Shown one piece after another: positions 51,833 to 63,339 of a stretch of DNA of 64,000 bases (position 1 is its first letter; each line of letters opens with the position of its first letter). The DNA comes from Planctomycetota bacterium. Lineage in GTDB: Bacteria > Planctomycetota > PLA2 > JAEUHO01. Location: contig CBDCWP010000010.1 in NCBI GenBank assembly GCA_965223505.1, forward strand, positions 96,001-160,000, read 5' to 3'. The notes under the pieces are model-generated. The model was not told the DNA's origin and made no database searches. It saw only the letters and a list, made by a program, of their open reading frames with translations. The translations under genes were made by a program, and so were the position numbers.

Positions 51833-54800
51833 CTACGGAATGCGGATCTTGATGTTGCGGTACCACACCGGATCGCCGTGGTCCTGCAGCCCGATGTGTC
51901 CGCGCGGCTGGACGCCGAACCCTTCCATGTCCTGGAACTTGCTCTTCGCGATGGCGGCGTTCCATGCCTCGCCACCCAGCTCTACGTCGACGATCTTCCA
52001 CCCGTTCAGCCAGTGCTCGAGCCGGCCGTTCGCGACCACGATGCGTGCCTGATTCCACGCGCCGGCGGGGCGGGTGACATCGAACCGGGGTGCGAAGAGC
52101 GCGTAGCACGCGCCCGCCGACGTGAGGGTGGACCCGCCATCCGCGTGCACATCGTTGTCGAGCACCTGCATCTCCGGACCGGTGGTCCACATGGCGCCGC
52201 CGTCCTCCGTGAGGCGGTAGCACACCCCGCTGTTGCCGCCGGGCGCGAGCTTCCACTCGAGCTTCAGATCGAATTCGGCGTATTCGGTCTCGGTGACGAG
52301 GTCGCCGCCGGTTCCTTCCTTCGAGAAATGCAGCGCGCCGTCCTCGACACGCCACGCGGCGGGCGGCCCGTCCTGCTTGTAGCCGCGCCAGCCGGCAAGC
52401 GTCTCGCCGTCGAAGAGGAGTTTCCAGCCCGCGTCTTGCTCGGCTGGTGTCAGCCGGTTGGGAAGCGGCGGGGGCGCAGGCAGCTGGGCGTCCGTGCGGG
52501 GCCCGGGCAGGCGGTTGAGCGTGTACCACGCCTCCGAGCTCCACGGCCGGTCACCGGCGGCGTTGCGGATCGTGCGCGCCAGTCGGAGGTACACGACGTG
52601 CCCCTCCTCGAGCCCGGGGATCCGGAGCCACGCCTTGCGTCGGTCCTTCGAGACCGACGCGCCCGCGACCTCGAGCCGCTCGACGTCCTTCTTCGGGCCG
52701 CCGTAGCTCTTCGTCGGCTCGTACCACCACTGCTGAACGAGGTAGTCGGCCGGGTCGTCGCCCGAGACGTTCGCGAGCGGCTCGGTGAACTCGATCTCGA
52801 GTGTGCGGTTCGGCTTGACGCGCACCGCCTTCATCTCGAAGACGCTCTTGCCGTTGTAGGCGAGCCGCTGCAGCCCGTACTTGAGCTTCCCGGTCTGGCC
52901 CCAGTTGCCGCTGCTGCCGATGCCGCCGACGTACAACGCGCCGTCCGGACCCTGTCGCCAGCGGTTGATGCCGGCTTCGAGTCCCTGGATGAAGCGGAAC
53001 ACGCACCCTTGGTACTGCCCGCAGACCTTTTCGACGAACACGCGCTTGAGCCCGCCATGGGTGACGTCGGCATGCAGCATCTGTCCGCGCCAGGGTCCGA
53101 AGGTCAAGAGGCCCGGTTCGCCGGGTGAGTTGCCGATCTCGCCTTGGGGCAGCCAGACCACGGGTGGTTTCTCGGGTACGCCCTCCGTGCCCTCGAAGTC
53201 GACGGAGCGACTGCCGAAGAAGGCACCGGGCGAGACGTGGACGACCTTGCTGACCGGAAGCCAGTCGCCCTGGTTGTCCGTGACGAAGATCTCCCCGTGC
53301 ACACCGAGCCCGATGCCGTTGGGCGTACGCAGGCCGTGCGCGATCAGCTCGTAGCGCCCGTCGGGATCGATCTTCACGACCTTGCCGCGGTCGGGATTCT
53401 GGGGATGCGTGCTGGCGCCGCCGGGATTGATCGCCGTCGCGAGCGTCGCGTAGAACGCGCCGTCTTTGAAGACGAGACCGAACGCGAATTCGTGGAAGTT
53501 GCTCGTGACGCCCCAGCCGTCGGCGACCGTGCGGTATTCGTCGATGGCGCCGTCGCCGTCCCTGTCGATGAGCTCGGTCAGTTCCTGCTTCTGCAAGACG
53601 AAGATGCGTCCGTTCACGACCCGAATGCCGAGCGGCTCGGCGAGTCCGGCCGCGATGCGACGCACCTCGATCTTCGCGGGGTCGCCGGTTTCCGCGCCCT
53701 CGAGCACGTACACGCCGCCCATGGGTTCCCAGCAGCAGACGATCATGCGGCCGTCGGGCAACCAGTCGATGCCGCCGATACGAGGCTGAAAGCTCTCCGG
53801 GCGCGCCTGCGCGAGGTCGAAGGCCGGATGAACGCCGGTCAGCGGTTGGCCGTCGCCCGGAACACCCTTCGCCGCGACGGGGACCAGCTTCTTCTTGCCG
53901 GGCGAGGTCACACGCACCTCGCCCTTCGGCGCGCGCAGCGCTTCGTTCGGCACGATCGCCCAGTCCGCCGCGCCGGGCGGCTGCCACTCGAGCGTCAGCT
54001 GCTCGCCGCCGCCGTTCTCGAAGTGCTCGACGAAGAGCTTGTGGCGGCCCACGGCCAGCTCGAGCTTGCCTTCCATCGCGGTGACGCCGTGAAGCCCGTC
54101 GTGGTCGATGACGACCTCGTCGTTCAGATACAGGCGCGAGCCGTCGTCGGAGAGCAGCCGGAAGCGATAGACGCCCGCCGTCTCGACCTCCAGGAAGCCG
54201 TCGACGTGCGTGATGAACGTCTCGTCGATGTCGCCGAAGTCCCCGCGTTCCGTTCGCAGATCGAGCACCGGGATCACGTGCGAGACGTTGGGCGTCTGTC
54301 CCGGGACCAGCTTGCGGATTCGGCTCATGGACGCGCCGATGTGATAGACGCGAACCGAGACCCCGTTGCCCACGGGCGTATCCTTCGGATGCTCGACCAC
54401 GGCAGGCTCGGGAGGCGCCGCCGCCGTCGGCGCATCCTTGGCGCGGACGGTCGCTTCCTCGGCAGCCTTCGCCTCGGCGCGCTTGCGCAGCGCGTCCGCA
54501 TCGAAGAACGCCTCCACGTAGGTCGTGTCCCCCGGACGCAGCCGCACCATGATGTCGCGGGTCGGGAGCACCTTGTCCATCGGCGAGACCGGGCCGCCCA
54601 TGGTGGCCGCCTCGTTCGAGCGCGCGTGGACCAATGCTCGCACCGGCCAGCGCAGACGGATGCGGGGTGCGCGGCGGCTTCGCACCCGAAAGGTGCGCCG
54701 AAGCCCCGGTCGTCCCTGCTTGTCGCGCCGGAACGACGGCGTTTCCTCGACGGTGTACCAGCGTCGTCCGAATTGCATCGAGTAGCGCAACGTCACGGTT

Positions 54801-55168
54801 CGTCCGTCGACGCGGTACCCCAGGAACCGGCAGTCGTCGTTGCGCCACTCGCCTTCCATGTAGAAGTGACCGGTGTAGCTGAATCCGGTGCTCGTCGGCT
54901 GTGGGCCGTGCACCGTCGTATAGACGGCGCCGTCGAATTTCACGCCGCCCGACCAGGCGTTCTGGAGCTGGCAGAACTGCGCGTCGTACGTGAGCCACAT
55001 CTCCTCGTGCAGGGGCAGAGTCACCATGCGGGGGTTTCCGTCGAGCACCGAGCGGAAGACCGGCAGCGGATGGGGCGGCGGCGGTTCTTCGTTCGCCAGT
55101 GACGTGACCGGAGCGCCGATCAGAAGGGAGCCGAGGATCAACAGGATGCCGAGCCGTCGTGTGCGCAT
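51833..55168 (-). CDS. Secreted multidomain protein: N-terminal domain + PA14 + beta-propeller + DUF1080 (3-keto-disaccharide hydrolase-like)
   Basis: Signal peptide; YRFRLLSDDGSRL..DHDGLHG..FENGGG (PA14); GLRTPNG..TDNQGDW (propeller); GWKLLFDG..GGNSG..EMQVLD..GHIGLQDHG..YRNIKIR (DUF1080). Confidence 0.9.
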   Translation of the reverse strand: MRTRRLGILLILGSLLIGAPVTSLANEEPPPPHPLPVFRSVLDGNPRMVTLPLHEEMWLTYDAQFCQLQNAWSGGVKFDGAVYTTVHGPQPTSTGFSYTGHFYMEGEWRNDDCRFLGYRVDGRTVTLRYSMQFGRRWYTVEETPSFRRDKQGRPGLRRTFRVRSRRAPRIRLRWPVRALVHARSNEAATMGGPVSPMDKVLPTRDIMVRLRPGDTTYVEAFFDADALRKRAEAKAAEEATVRAKDAPTAAAPPEPAVVEHPKDTPVGNGVSVRVYHIGASMSRIRKLVPGQTPNVSHVIPVLDLRTERGDFGDIDETFITHVDGFLEVETAGVYRFRLLSDDGSRLYLNDEVVIDHDGLHGVTAMEGKLELAVGRHKLFVEHFENGGGEQLTLEWQPPGAADWAIVPNEALRAPKGEVRVTSPGKKKLVPVAAKGVPGDGQPLTGVHPAFDLAQARPESFQPRIGGIDWLPDGRMIVCCWEPMGGVYVLEGAETGDPAKIEVRRIAAGLAEPLGIRVVNGRIFVLQKQELTELIDRDGDGAIDEYRTVADGWGVTSNFHEFAFGLVFKDGAFYATLATAINPGGASTHPQNPDRGKVVKIDPDGRYELIAHGLRTPNGIGLGVHGEIFVTDNQGDWLPVSKVVHVSPGAFFGSRSVDFEGTEGVPEKPPVVWLPQGEIGNSPGEPGLLTFGPWRGQMLHADVTHGGLKRVFVEKVCGQYQGCVFRFIQGLEAGINRWRQGPDGALYVGGIGSSGNWGQTGKLKYGLQRLAYNGKSVFEMKAVRVKPNRTLEIEFTEPLANVSGDDPADYLVQQWWYEPTKSYGGPKKDVERLEVAGASVSKDRRKAWLRIPGLEEGHVVYLRLARTIRNAAGDRPWSSEAWYTLNRLPGPRTDAQLPAPPPLPNRLTPAEQDAGWKLLFDGETLAGWRGYKQDGPPAAWRVEDGALHFSKEGTGGDLVTETEYAEFDLKLEWKLAPGGNSGVCYRLTEDGGAMWTTGPEMQVLDNDVHADGGSTLTSAGACYALFAPRFDVTRPAGAWNQARIVVANGRLEHWLNGWKIVDVELGGEAWNAAIAKSKFQDMEGFGVQPRGHIGLQDHGDPVWYRNIKIRIP

Positions 55169-55248
55169 GGCCGAGGATCATGGCCCGGCGCGGCGCGGAT
55201 TGGTAGGGTTCGGCCCCCGCGCGGTGCGCGCGGACGGAGGGCGCGTGC

Positions 55249-56493
55249 ATGAGCGACCGGCTCGGCGTTGGGATCATCGGTGCGGGCTTCGTGGGCCGCT
55301 TCCACATCCAGTCGTGGGAGAGCGTTCGGCACGCCGACATCCGCGCTGTCTGCAGCCGAACGCTGGACAAGGCCGAGAGCGGCGCGCAGCTGGCGCGCGA
55401 CCTCGGCGTGGGCGACGCGAAGGCGTTCGACGACGTCGAGGCGATGGTGCGGGATCCGAACGTCGACGCCGTTTGGATCTGCGTGCCCAACTTCGCGCGG
55501 TTGCCGGTGATGAAGGCGATCGCCGCGGTCGGGAAGGGCAACCTGCGCGGCGTGGCCTGTGAGAAGCCGCTCGGCCGCGACGTCTCCGAGGCGCGGCGCA
55601 TGCTCGAGCTCGCCGAGGAAGCGGGCCTCTCGCACGGCTATCTCGAGAACCAGTGCTTCATGCCGACGATCGTACGCGGCAAGGAGCTGCTGTGGCGTCG
55701 CGGGGCGCGCGCGACCGGCCGGCCCTATCTGGCGCGTTGCGCCGAAGAGCACGGCGGGCCGCACGAACCCTGGTTCTGGCGCGGCAACGAGCAGGGCGGC
55801 GGCGTGCTCAACGACATGATGTGCCACAGCCTCGAGGCGGCGCGCTTCCTCTTGCAGGATCCCGACAAGCCGCGATCGAGCCTTCAGCCGAAGACGGTGT
55901 CCTGCGACATCGCCTCCATCAAGTGGAGCCGCGACACGTACATCCGCAAGCTCAAGGAAGAGATGGGCGTCGACTACTCCGAGAAGCAGTCGGAGGACTT
56001 CGCCCGGGCGACGGTGGTCTGGCAATCCGATGAAGGCCACCCCGCCATCACGGAGGCGACGACGTCGTGGAGCTACGTCGGGCCCGGGCTGCGACTCTCC
56101 GTCGAGGTGATGGGCCCCGAGTACTCGATGCAAGGCACATCGCTCAACAATCACCTCAACGTCTTCTTCAGTCGCGAGGTCAAGGGCGACGTCGGCGAGG
56201 ACATCGTCGAGAAGCAGACGGCCGAGCAGGGGTTGATGCCGGTCGTGACGGACGAGGCGACCGAGTACGGCTACACCGGCGAGAACCGGCACATGGTCGA
56301 TTGCTTTCGCAACGGCACGGCGCCCTCGCTGACCTTCGCGGACGGCCTGGAGGTGACGAAGCTGCTGATGGCCTGCTACATGTCGGCCGAGCGCGGGGAA
56401 CGACTCGCGTGGGAGCCGGACGGACTCGAGGACTTCCTCCCCGCGGTGGCGCGCGGCGCGTTCAGCGCCGAAGACGCTTTCGAGGGCAAGTAG
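55249..56493 (+). CDS. Gfo/Idh/MocA family NAD(P)-dependent oxidoreductase
   Basis: GIIGAGFVG, VDAVWICVPN, CEKP, GGGVLNDMMCH. Confidence 0.92.
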   Translation: MSDRLGVGIIGAGFVGRFHIQSWESVRHADIRAVCSRTLDKAESGAQLARDLGVGDAKAFDDVEAMVRDPNVDAVWICVPNFARLPVMKAIAAVGKGNLRGVACEKPLGRDVSEARRMLELAEEAGLSHGYLENQCFMPTIVRGKELLWRRGARATGRPYLARCAEEHGGPHEPWFWRGNEQGGGVLNDMMCHSLEAARFLLQDPDKPRSSLQPKTVSCDIASIKWSRDTYIRKLKEEMGVDYSEKQSEDFARATVVWQSDEGHPAITEATTSWSYVGPGLRLSVEVMGPEYSMQGTSLNNHLNVFFSREVKGDVGEDIVEKQTAEQGLMPVVTDEATEYGYTGENRHMVDCFRNGTAPSLTFADGLEVTKLLMACYMSAERGERLAWEPDGLEDFLPAVARGAFSAEDAFEGK

Positions 56494-57771
56494 ATGAACG
56501 CGACGCCGCCGCTCTCGTTCGGATTGAACAGCCGCCTCTCGTTGATGATGCTGCTGCAGTACGCCATCTGGGGCGCGTGGCTGCCGCTGTTCGTTCCGTA
56601 TCTTGCGAACCACCACGGGCTGGGCGGCGCGGAGATCGGGAACCTGTTCGCGATCGGCGCCGTGGGGGCGTTGCTGGCGCCGTTCATCGCGGGGCAGATC
56701 GCCGACCGCTGGTTCAACACGGAGACGTTTCTCGGCATCAGCCACATCCTGGGCGCCGTGCTGGTGTGGCAGCTCGCCACCGTCGAGACGTACGACGGTC
56801 TGCTCTGGTTCTCGCTGGCCTATTCGCTGATCTACGCGCCGACGATTCCGCTCACCAACTCGCTCTCGTTCCACCACCTGCCCGATCGCGACCGCGACTT
56901 TGGCAAGGTCCGCGTTTGGGGCACCGTCGGCTGGATCATCGTCGGCATCGGCGTCGGGCAGTGGCTGCTGCACCGGCACACCCCCGCGGGCGCCACGGAC
57001 GACGTCGTCAAGGCGGCGCAGGCGGCCGGGATCGCGGACGCGTTTCGTCTGAGCGCCATCTTGGGCGCGATCCTGGGCGTCTTCTGCTTCACGCTGCCGA
57101 AGACGCCGCCGCTGAAGGGCAAGGAGAAGTTCGCTCCGAAGGAGGCGTTCGCCGAGATCGTGTCGCGTCCGCGAACGAATCCCTTGTTCTGGCTCTTCCT
57201 CCTGGCGTTTCCGATCTCCTGCGTGCACCAGTTCTACTTCTTCCACACGGCGAACTACCTGACCAGCCTCGCGCTCGACTCCGAGCTCATTCAGAACGTG
57301 TTCGGCGTGGGCGGCGGCGGTCTGATGACCATCGGTCAGATGGCGGAGATCGTGGTGCTGGCCGCCATGCCGTTCGTCGCGAAACGCGTCTCTCGGCGCG
57401 CGCTGTTGCTGACCGGCGTCGCCGCGTACTGCTTGCGCTTCGCCGTCTTCGCGTACCTGCCCTACGGCTGGGCCGTCGTGCCCGCCTTGGCGCTTCACGG
57501 CCTGTGCTTCGGGTGTTTCTTCTTCGTCGCGTTCATGATCGTCGACGAAAACACGACGAGCGACGTGCGTGCCAGCGCGCAGAGTTCTTTCAACTTCATC
57601 GTCATCGGGGTCGGCATCATCGTCGGCAACCTCTTCGCGGGCATGGTCGACGAGCTGGCCGCGGGGGACTACCGCGTGCTGTTCGGCGTCCCGATGTGGG
57701 TGTCGCTGGGCGTGCTGGTCCTGTTGTTTGCGTTCTATCCTCGGAAAACCCGGGACAAGGCATCCGAATAG
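56494..57771 (+). CDS. MFS transporter, nucleoside:H+ symporter (NHS)-like
   Basis: MMLLQYAIWGAW, GQIADRWF, VRVWGTVGWI, MTIGQMAE, LHGLCF. Confidence 0.9.
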   Translation: MNATPPLSFGLNSRLSLMMLLQYAIWGAWLPLFVPYLANHHGLGGAEIGNLFAIGAVGALLAPFIAGQIADRWFNTETFLGISHILGAVLVWQLATVETYDGLLWFSLAYSLIYAPTIPLTNSLSFHHLPDRDRDFGKVRVWGTVGWIIVGIGVGQWLLHRHTPAGATDDVVKAAQAAGIADAFRLSAILGAILGVFCFTLPKTPPLKGKEKFAPKEAFAEIVSRPRTNPLFWLFLLAFPISCVHQFYFFHTANYLTSLALDSELIQNVFGVGGGGLMTIGQMAEIVVLAAMPFVAKRVSRRALLLTGVAAYCLRFAVFAYLPYGWAVVPALALHGLCFGCFFFVAFMIVDENTTSDVRASAQSSFNFIVIGVGIIVGNLFAGMVDELAAGDYRVLFGVPMWVSLGVLVLLFAFYPRKTRDKASE

Positions 57772-57809
57772 GCGGTGGTGTCCTCGAAGAACGCAGGTAG
57801 AACGCTTCG

Positions 57810-58760
57810 ATGCCCGCGTCCGCCTACACGTTTTCGGAGGACCCGCAGCTTCATCCGCTGCGGCGGCGCGAAATTCTCTCCCGGCACCCGGAAGCGAAGG
57901 ATCTGACCGGGCCGTATCGACCGACGGCGTTCATCATCCTCGGGCTCGTCGGGGCCCAGCTGGCGTTGAGCTACTTCGTTCGCGACGTTCCGATCTGGTT
58001 GAATCTGGTGGGCGCCTACGTGGTCGGCGCCGTGATGAGCCACGCGCTCTACGTGATGATCCACGAAGCGACGCACAATCTGGTGTTGAAGAAGTCCTGG
58101 GGCAACAAGCTCATGGGCATCGCCGCCAATCTGCCGACCGTCGTGCCGAGCGCAATTCCGTTCCGGAAGTACCACCTGCTGCACCACGCCAAGATGGGGG
58201 AGCCGGATCACGACGCGGACCTTCCTTCGGCCGCGGAGGGTCGCTGGGTGGGCAACTCGACGCTACGCAAAGCGATCTGGATGCTCTTCTTCTCGATCGC
58301 GCAGTCGTTTCGGCCGGCGCAGATCCGCGGCGCGAAGCTGATCGACGGCTGGACGGTCGCCAATCTCGTCGCCGTCCTCGCGGTGGACGCCGCGGTCTGG
58401 ATCTTCTTTGGTCCCACGGCGTTGCTGTATCTGACGGCGTCGACGCTGTTCGGGCTGGGGCTGCACCCGCTCGGGGGCCGCTGGATCCAGGAGCACTTCG
58501 TCACGCACCCCGGCCAGGAGACCTACTCCTACTACGGCGCCGCGAACTGGATCGCGTTCAACGTCGGCTACCACAACGAGCACCACGACATGCTGAACGT
58601 GGCCTGGAACCGGTTGCCCGCGCTGCGTCGCACGGCGCCCGAGCTCTACGACGATCTCGTCTCGTATCGTTCGTGGACGGCGGTCTTGCTGCGGTTCATC
58701 TTCGACCGCAACCTGTCACCGCATTCGCGCGTCGTTCGGGCGGGCAAAGCGAGCCTCTGA
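57810..58760 (+). CDS. Membrane desaturase, sphingolipid delta-4 (DEGS/DES1)-like
   Basis: His boxes HEATH, HLLHH, HNEHH; N-terminal HPLRRREILSRHPE; GLHPLGGRWIQEH; ETYSYYG..FNVGYHNEHHD. Confidence 0.88.
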   Translation: MPASAYTFSEDPQLHPLRRREILSRHPEAKDLTGPYRPTAFIILGLVGAQLALSYFVRDVPIWLNLVGAYVVGAVMSHALYVMIHEATHNLVLKKSWGNKLMGIAANLPTVVPSAIPFRKYHLLHHAKMGEPDHDADLPSAAEGRWVGNSTLRKAIWMLFFSIAQSFRPAQIRGAKLIDGWTVANLVAVLAVDAAVWIFFGPTALLYLTASTLFGLGLHPLGGRWIQEHFVTHPGQETYSYYGAANWIAFNVGYHNEHHDMLNVAWNRLPALRRTAPELYDDLVSYRSWTAVLLRFIFDRNLSPHSRVVRAGKASL

Positions 58761-58996
58761 CCGGGGTAGGGGAGAGGGCATGCGAGTCGTGGCGCGTGCC
58801 GCTTGGTGGTTGCTCGAGCTGCCGTTCTTCGTCCTGTACTGCACGTCCTGGGGATGGGCGCACGCGCACCCGCCCGGCGGCCTCGCCGAGATCTGACGCG
58901 TCTTCTATCCGCGTCGCAAGACGCAGCCGATGTGGAGCGAGGTCTTCGCGTAGCCGCCGCGCCGGCACGACGGCCATGAGCGGCGCCCCGGGGCTG

Positions 58997-59026
58997 TTGA
59001 CGCGTCGCGGAAGTGCGTTGTAGCCT
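58997..59026 (+). promoter_or_regulatory. Sigma70-type promoter candidate
   Basis: TTGACG-18 bp-TAGCCT, followed by AGGAGG and the ATG at 59061. Confidence 0.5.
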
Positions 59027-59060
59027 CTCGGCCCTCGACCCATAGGAGGAGGGCTTTCGC

Positions 59061-59582
59061 ATGCAGCAACACGGAAGATACGGACTCGCGATTCTGGGGC
59101 TCGCCGTTTTTGCACTCTTGCTCGTGCCCGAAGTCACGCAGGCCCGCACCCGCACCGGAACGGACCTGGGCGCGCGAGTGGCGGCCCTGGAGGAACAGCA
59201 GGCGACCAACGCGGAGGACATCGCCGCCAACGCGGCTGACCTCCTCGCGCACATGAGCAGCGGCGATCACGACGACCGCTACGTACGAGACAGTGGCGAG
59301 GATCTACGCCTGATCCGCGGGGGACTGGCGCCGGACGCTACGATCGTGTTCGGCGACGGGTTCACCGCGAGCAATCCCGAGACCGGCGTGTACGTGATCA
59401 CGTTCGACGAGGCGTTTTCGGACGAACCCGCAGCCGTCGCGACCATCTTCAATGACGAGGAGGGCGGCTTCACCGTCGTCAGGGTCGACGACGAGGTCGA
59501 CCAGGTGACGTTCAATACGTACGACGCCTCGAACGCCGCGGCCGACGTCGACATCGATTTCGTCATCGTGGGCCCGCAATAG
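59061..59582 (+). CDS. Secreted protein: short coiled coil + HDDRY + beta-sandwich head
   Basis: Signal peptide; LGARVAALEEQQ heptads; TGVYVITFDEAFSDEPAAVAT..FVIVGP. Confidence 0.75.
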   Translation: MQQHGRYGLAILGLAVFALLLVPEVTQARTRTGTDLGARVAALEEQQATNAEDIAANAADLLAHMSSGDHDDRYVRDSGEDLRLIRGGLAPDATIVFGDGFTASNPETGVYVITFDEAFSDEPAAVATIFNDEEGGFTVVRVDDEVDQVTFNTYDASNAAADVDIDFVIVGPQ

Positions 59583-59672
59583 CAGCCGAGACACGCACCG
59601 GCGTCCGTCGGAAGGCCGGTGCGTCACGTATCGCTGGGATCGCTCGCGCACCGCGTCGTGCGCCGCGGCCGC

Positions 59673-60353
59673 CTACCAGACGCCCGGGATGATCCGGAAA
59701 CGTACGCGGGCGGCGTACGCGGCGTAGCCGTCGAGCTCGCTGCGCAGCGTCCGGTCTTCGAGCGCCGCCCGTAGGAAGACCCACATCACGACCACGGCGG
59801 CCCCCGGCAGCGCCCACAGGCTGCGCAAGACCAGCGGGATGCCGAGCGTGAGCACGAGGAACCCGACGTAGCCGGGATGACGAACGTACCCGTACGGGCC
59901 CGTGTCGATCACGCGATGACCGCGGTCCGTCTGGATGCGGACCGTCGACTCGAAGTGCGGGTTGACCAGCATGGCCCAGAGCAAGAAGGCATAGCCGGCG
60001 GCGTACAGGCCGATGCCGACGTACACCCACGACGCGTGAAGCCGAGGCCAGCCGAACCGAACGCCGAATGACGGCACGACGACCAAGCCGACGAAGATCA
60101 GCTTCAACGCACCCATCAAGTAGAGGTCCCAGCGCTTCGTGCCCTTGCCGATGCGTGTCCTGCGGCCCACGAGCTCCGGCTGGAAGCGCGCCAGAAGCAA
60201 GGTCGTGACCAACCAGGTGAGGAAGATCAATGCGACGAAGATCCAGCCTTCGGGCCACTGCCAGGTCCCGGCCGGCCAGAACACCATGGCGAGCAGCGAG
60301 CCGAATCCGATCAGGATCAGCATCGATACGCGCAGGAGCTCGGGTCTAGTCAA
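59673..60353 (-). CDS. Isoprenylcysteine carboxylmethyltransferase family membrane protein
   Basis: VRIQTDRGHRVIDTGPYGYVRHPGY, EDRTL..GYAAY..RFRIIPGVW. Confidence 0.9.
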   Translation of the reverse strand: MTRPELLRVSMLILIGFGSLLAMVFWPAGTWQWPEGWIFVALIFLTWLVTTLLLARFQPELVGRRTRIGKGTKRWDLYLMGALKLIFVGLVVVPSFGVRFGWPRLHASWVYVGIGLYAAGYAFLLWAMLVNPHFESTVRIQTDRGHRVIDTGPYGYVRHPGYVGFLVLTLGIPLVLRSLWALPGAAVVVMWVFLRAALEDRTLRSELDGYAAYAARVRFRIIPGVW

Positions 60354-60954
60354 AGACGTCGCCCCAGAACGACTTCCAGCTCGGGCGGTCGGCCAGCCCG
60401 TCGATCAGCGCGAGCGGTGCGACGATCCAGATGAAGGGCAGTACGAGGCCCATCACGAAGTCCGTGTGCGAGTCGGCGCAGAACAGGATCACGTAGGCGA
60501 GCCAGCCGACGAGCAGCACGATGTGGAACGTTGCGGCGGTCTTGCGCCCGCCTTCCGCGGACAAGAGGCGAACGACGACCGTCGCGTGCATGAGCCATGC
60601 GATGCCCATGATCGACAGCACGACGATCTCGAACGCGTTGAGCGTGATCGGGATCTCCGGGCCGATGCTGAACACGGCGAGATCGTCGTCGGGCAGGTGC
60701 CGGCGCGCGGAGTGCAGCATGATCAGCGCGAAGACGAGCGCGATGGTGAGTGTCACGATCAACGTACGGCGCGCCGAGAGTCGCTTCGAGCGCTCCCAGG
60801 CGAGGTGGTTCTCGGGCTTCGGCTCCGGCTTGGGCCTGGAACGTTCCCTCCGGCGGGGCGTGGGCGGCTGCGACACGTCGACGAACTCGCGAACGTCGTC
60901 GGCGTGCCGCTCGCCACTGTCGGTGTTTTCGTCGGGGATCAAGGGATCGCTCAA
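60346..60954 (-). CDS. Hypothetical four-TM membrane protein (start uncertain)
   Basis: Four hydrophobic helices; stop overlaps the start of the next gene. Confidence 0.6.
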   Translation of the reverse strand: MSDPLIPDENTDSGERHADDVREFVDVSQPPTPRRRERSRPKPEPKPENHLAWERSKRLSARRTLIVTLTIALVFALIMLHSARRHLPDDDLAVFSIGPEIPITLNAFEIVVLSIMGIAWLMHATVVVRLLSAEGGRKTAATFHIVLLVGWLAYVILFCADSHTDFVMGLVLPFIWIVAPLALIDGLADRPSWKSFWGDVFD

Positions 60955-61092
60955 GAGTGTCGTCGTTCGCTCCCAGCCGATGAAAATGTAGCTTGGATCA
61001 GGACGGTCGACACGAACCGGGCCGCGGAGAGCGCGGGCCGCAGGACCCGCCCTTGCGCGAAGATCCACCGATCTTGCGCAGGACGCGCGACG

Positions 61093-61434
61093 TCACGAGG
61101 CGTCCGGATCGACGGGGACGCGAATGGAGCGAATCCACCATCGGCCGACGCGCCGTCGGCCGTCCCGCCGGCCGATTAGGCGAATGATCGCCCCGCACTT
61201 CGTGCGCACCTCGAAACCGTGGCGGCGCACGTACTGATCGACGCCCGGCGCGTCACCGGAGCTGACCTCGCGCCAGGAGCGCCGGAGCGTCTCGACCTCG
61301 TAGCGGGTGCCGCGCCAGTGGAACACGTGCGGAAACCCGGGCTCGCCGCGACTCATGGCGGCGGTGTCCCAGGTGCCCGGCTCGGGCTCGATGCGCTCCA
61401 TGACGGAACGGAATGTCTCGTCGTCTGCGGCCAT
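61093..61434 (-). CDS. DUF6504-like small protein
   Basis: GEPGFPHVFHWRGTRYEV..SWRE..YVRRHGFEVRT..WW. Confidence 0.7.
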   Translation of the reverse strand: MAADDETFRSVMERIEPEPGTWDTAAMSRGEPGFPHVFHWRGTRYEVETLRRSWREVSSGDAPGVDQYVRRHGFEVRTKCGAIIRLIGRRDGRRRVGRWWIRSIRVPVDPDAS

Positions 61435-61477
61435 CCGCTTCCGATCGTACGCGGCCCCGTATGCTCTGCGCTCGAAG

Positions 61478-63280
<1,803 letters not shown>

Positions 63281-63339
63281 ATCCGACCGGGCGTGAACCG
63301 CGCCGCCCCGATTCCGTCCAAAGGCGTATGGAGGTCCTC

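Noticed and set aside
52551..55601. 1016-aa minus-strand ORF, and similar long ORFs at 43871-46846, 55138-57498 and 19728-21821
   Set aside because: Alternative-frame or antisense overlaps of well-supported genes with low-complexity R/G/P composition
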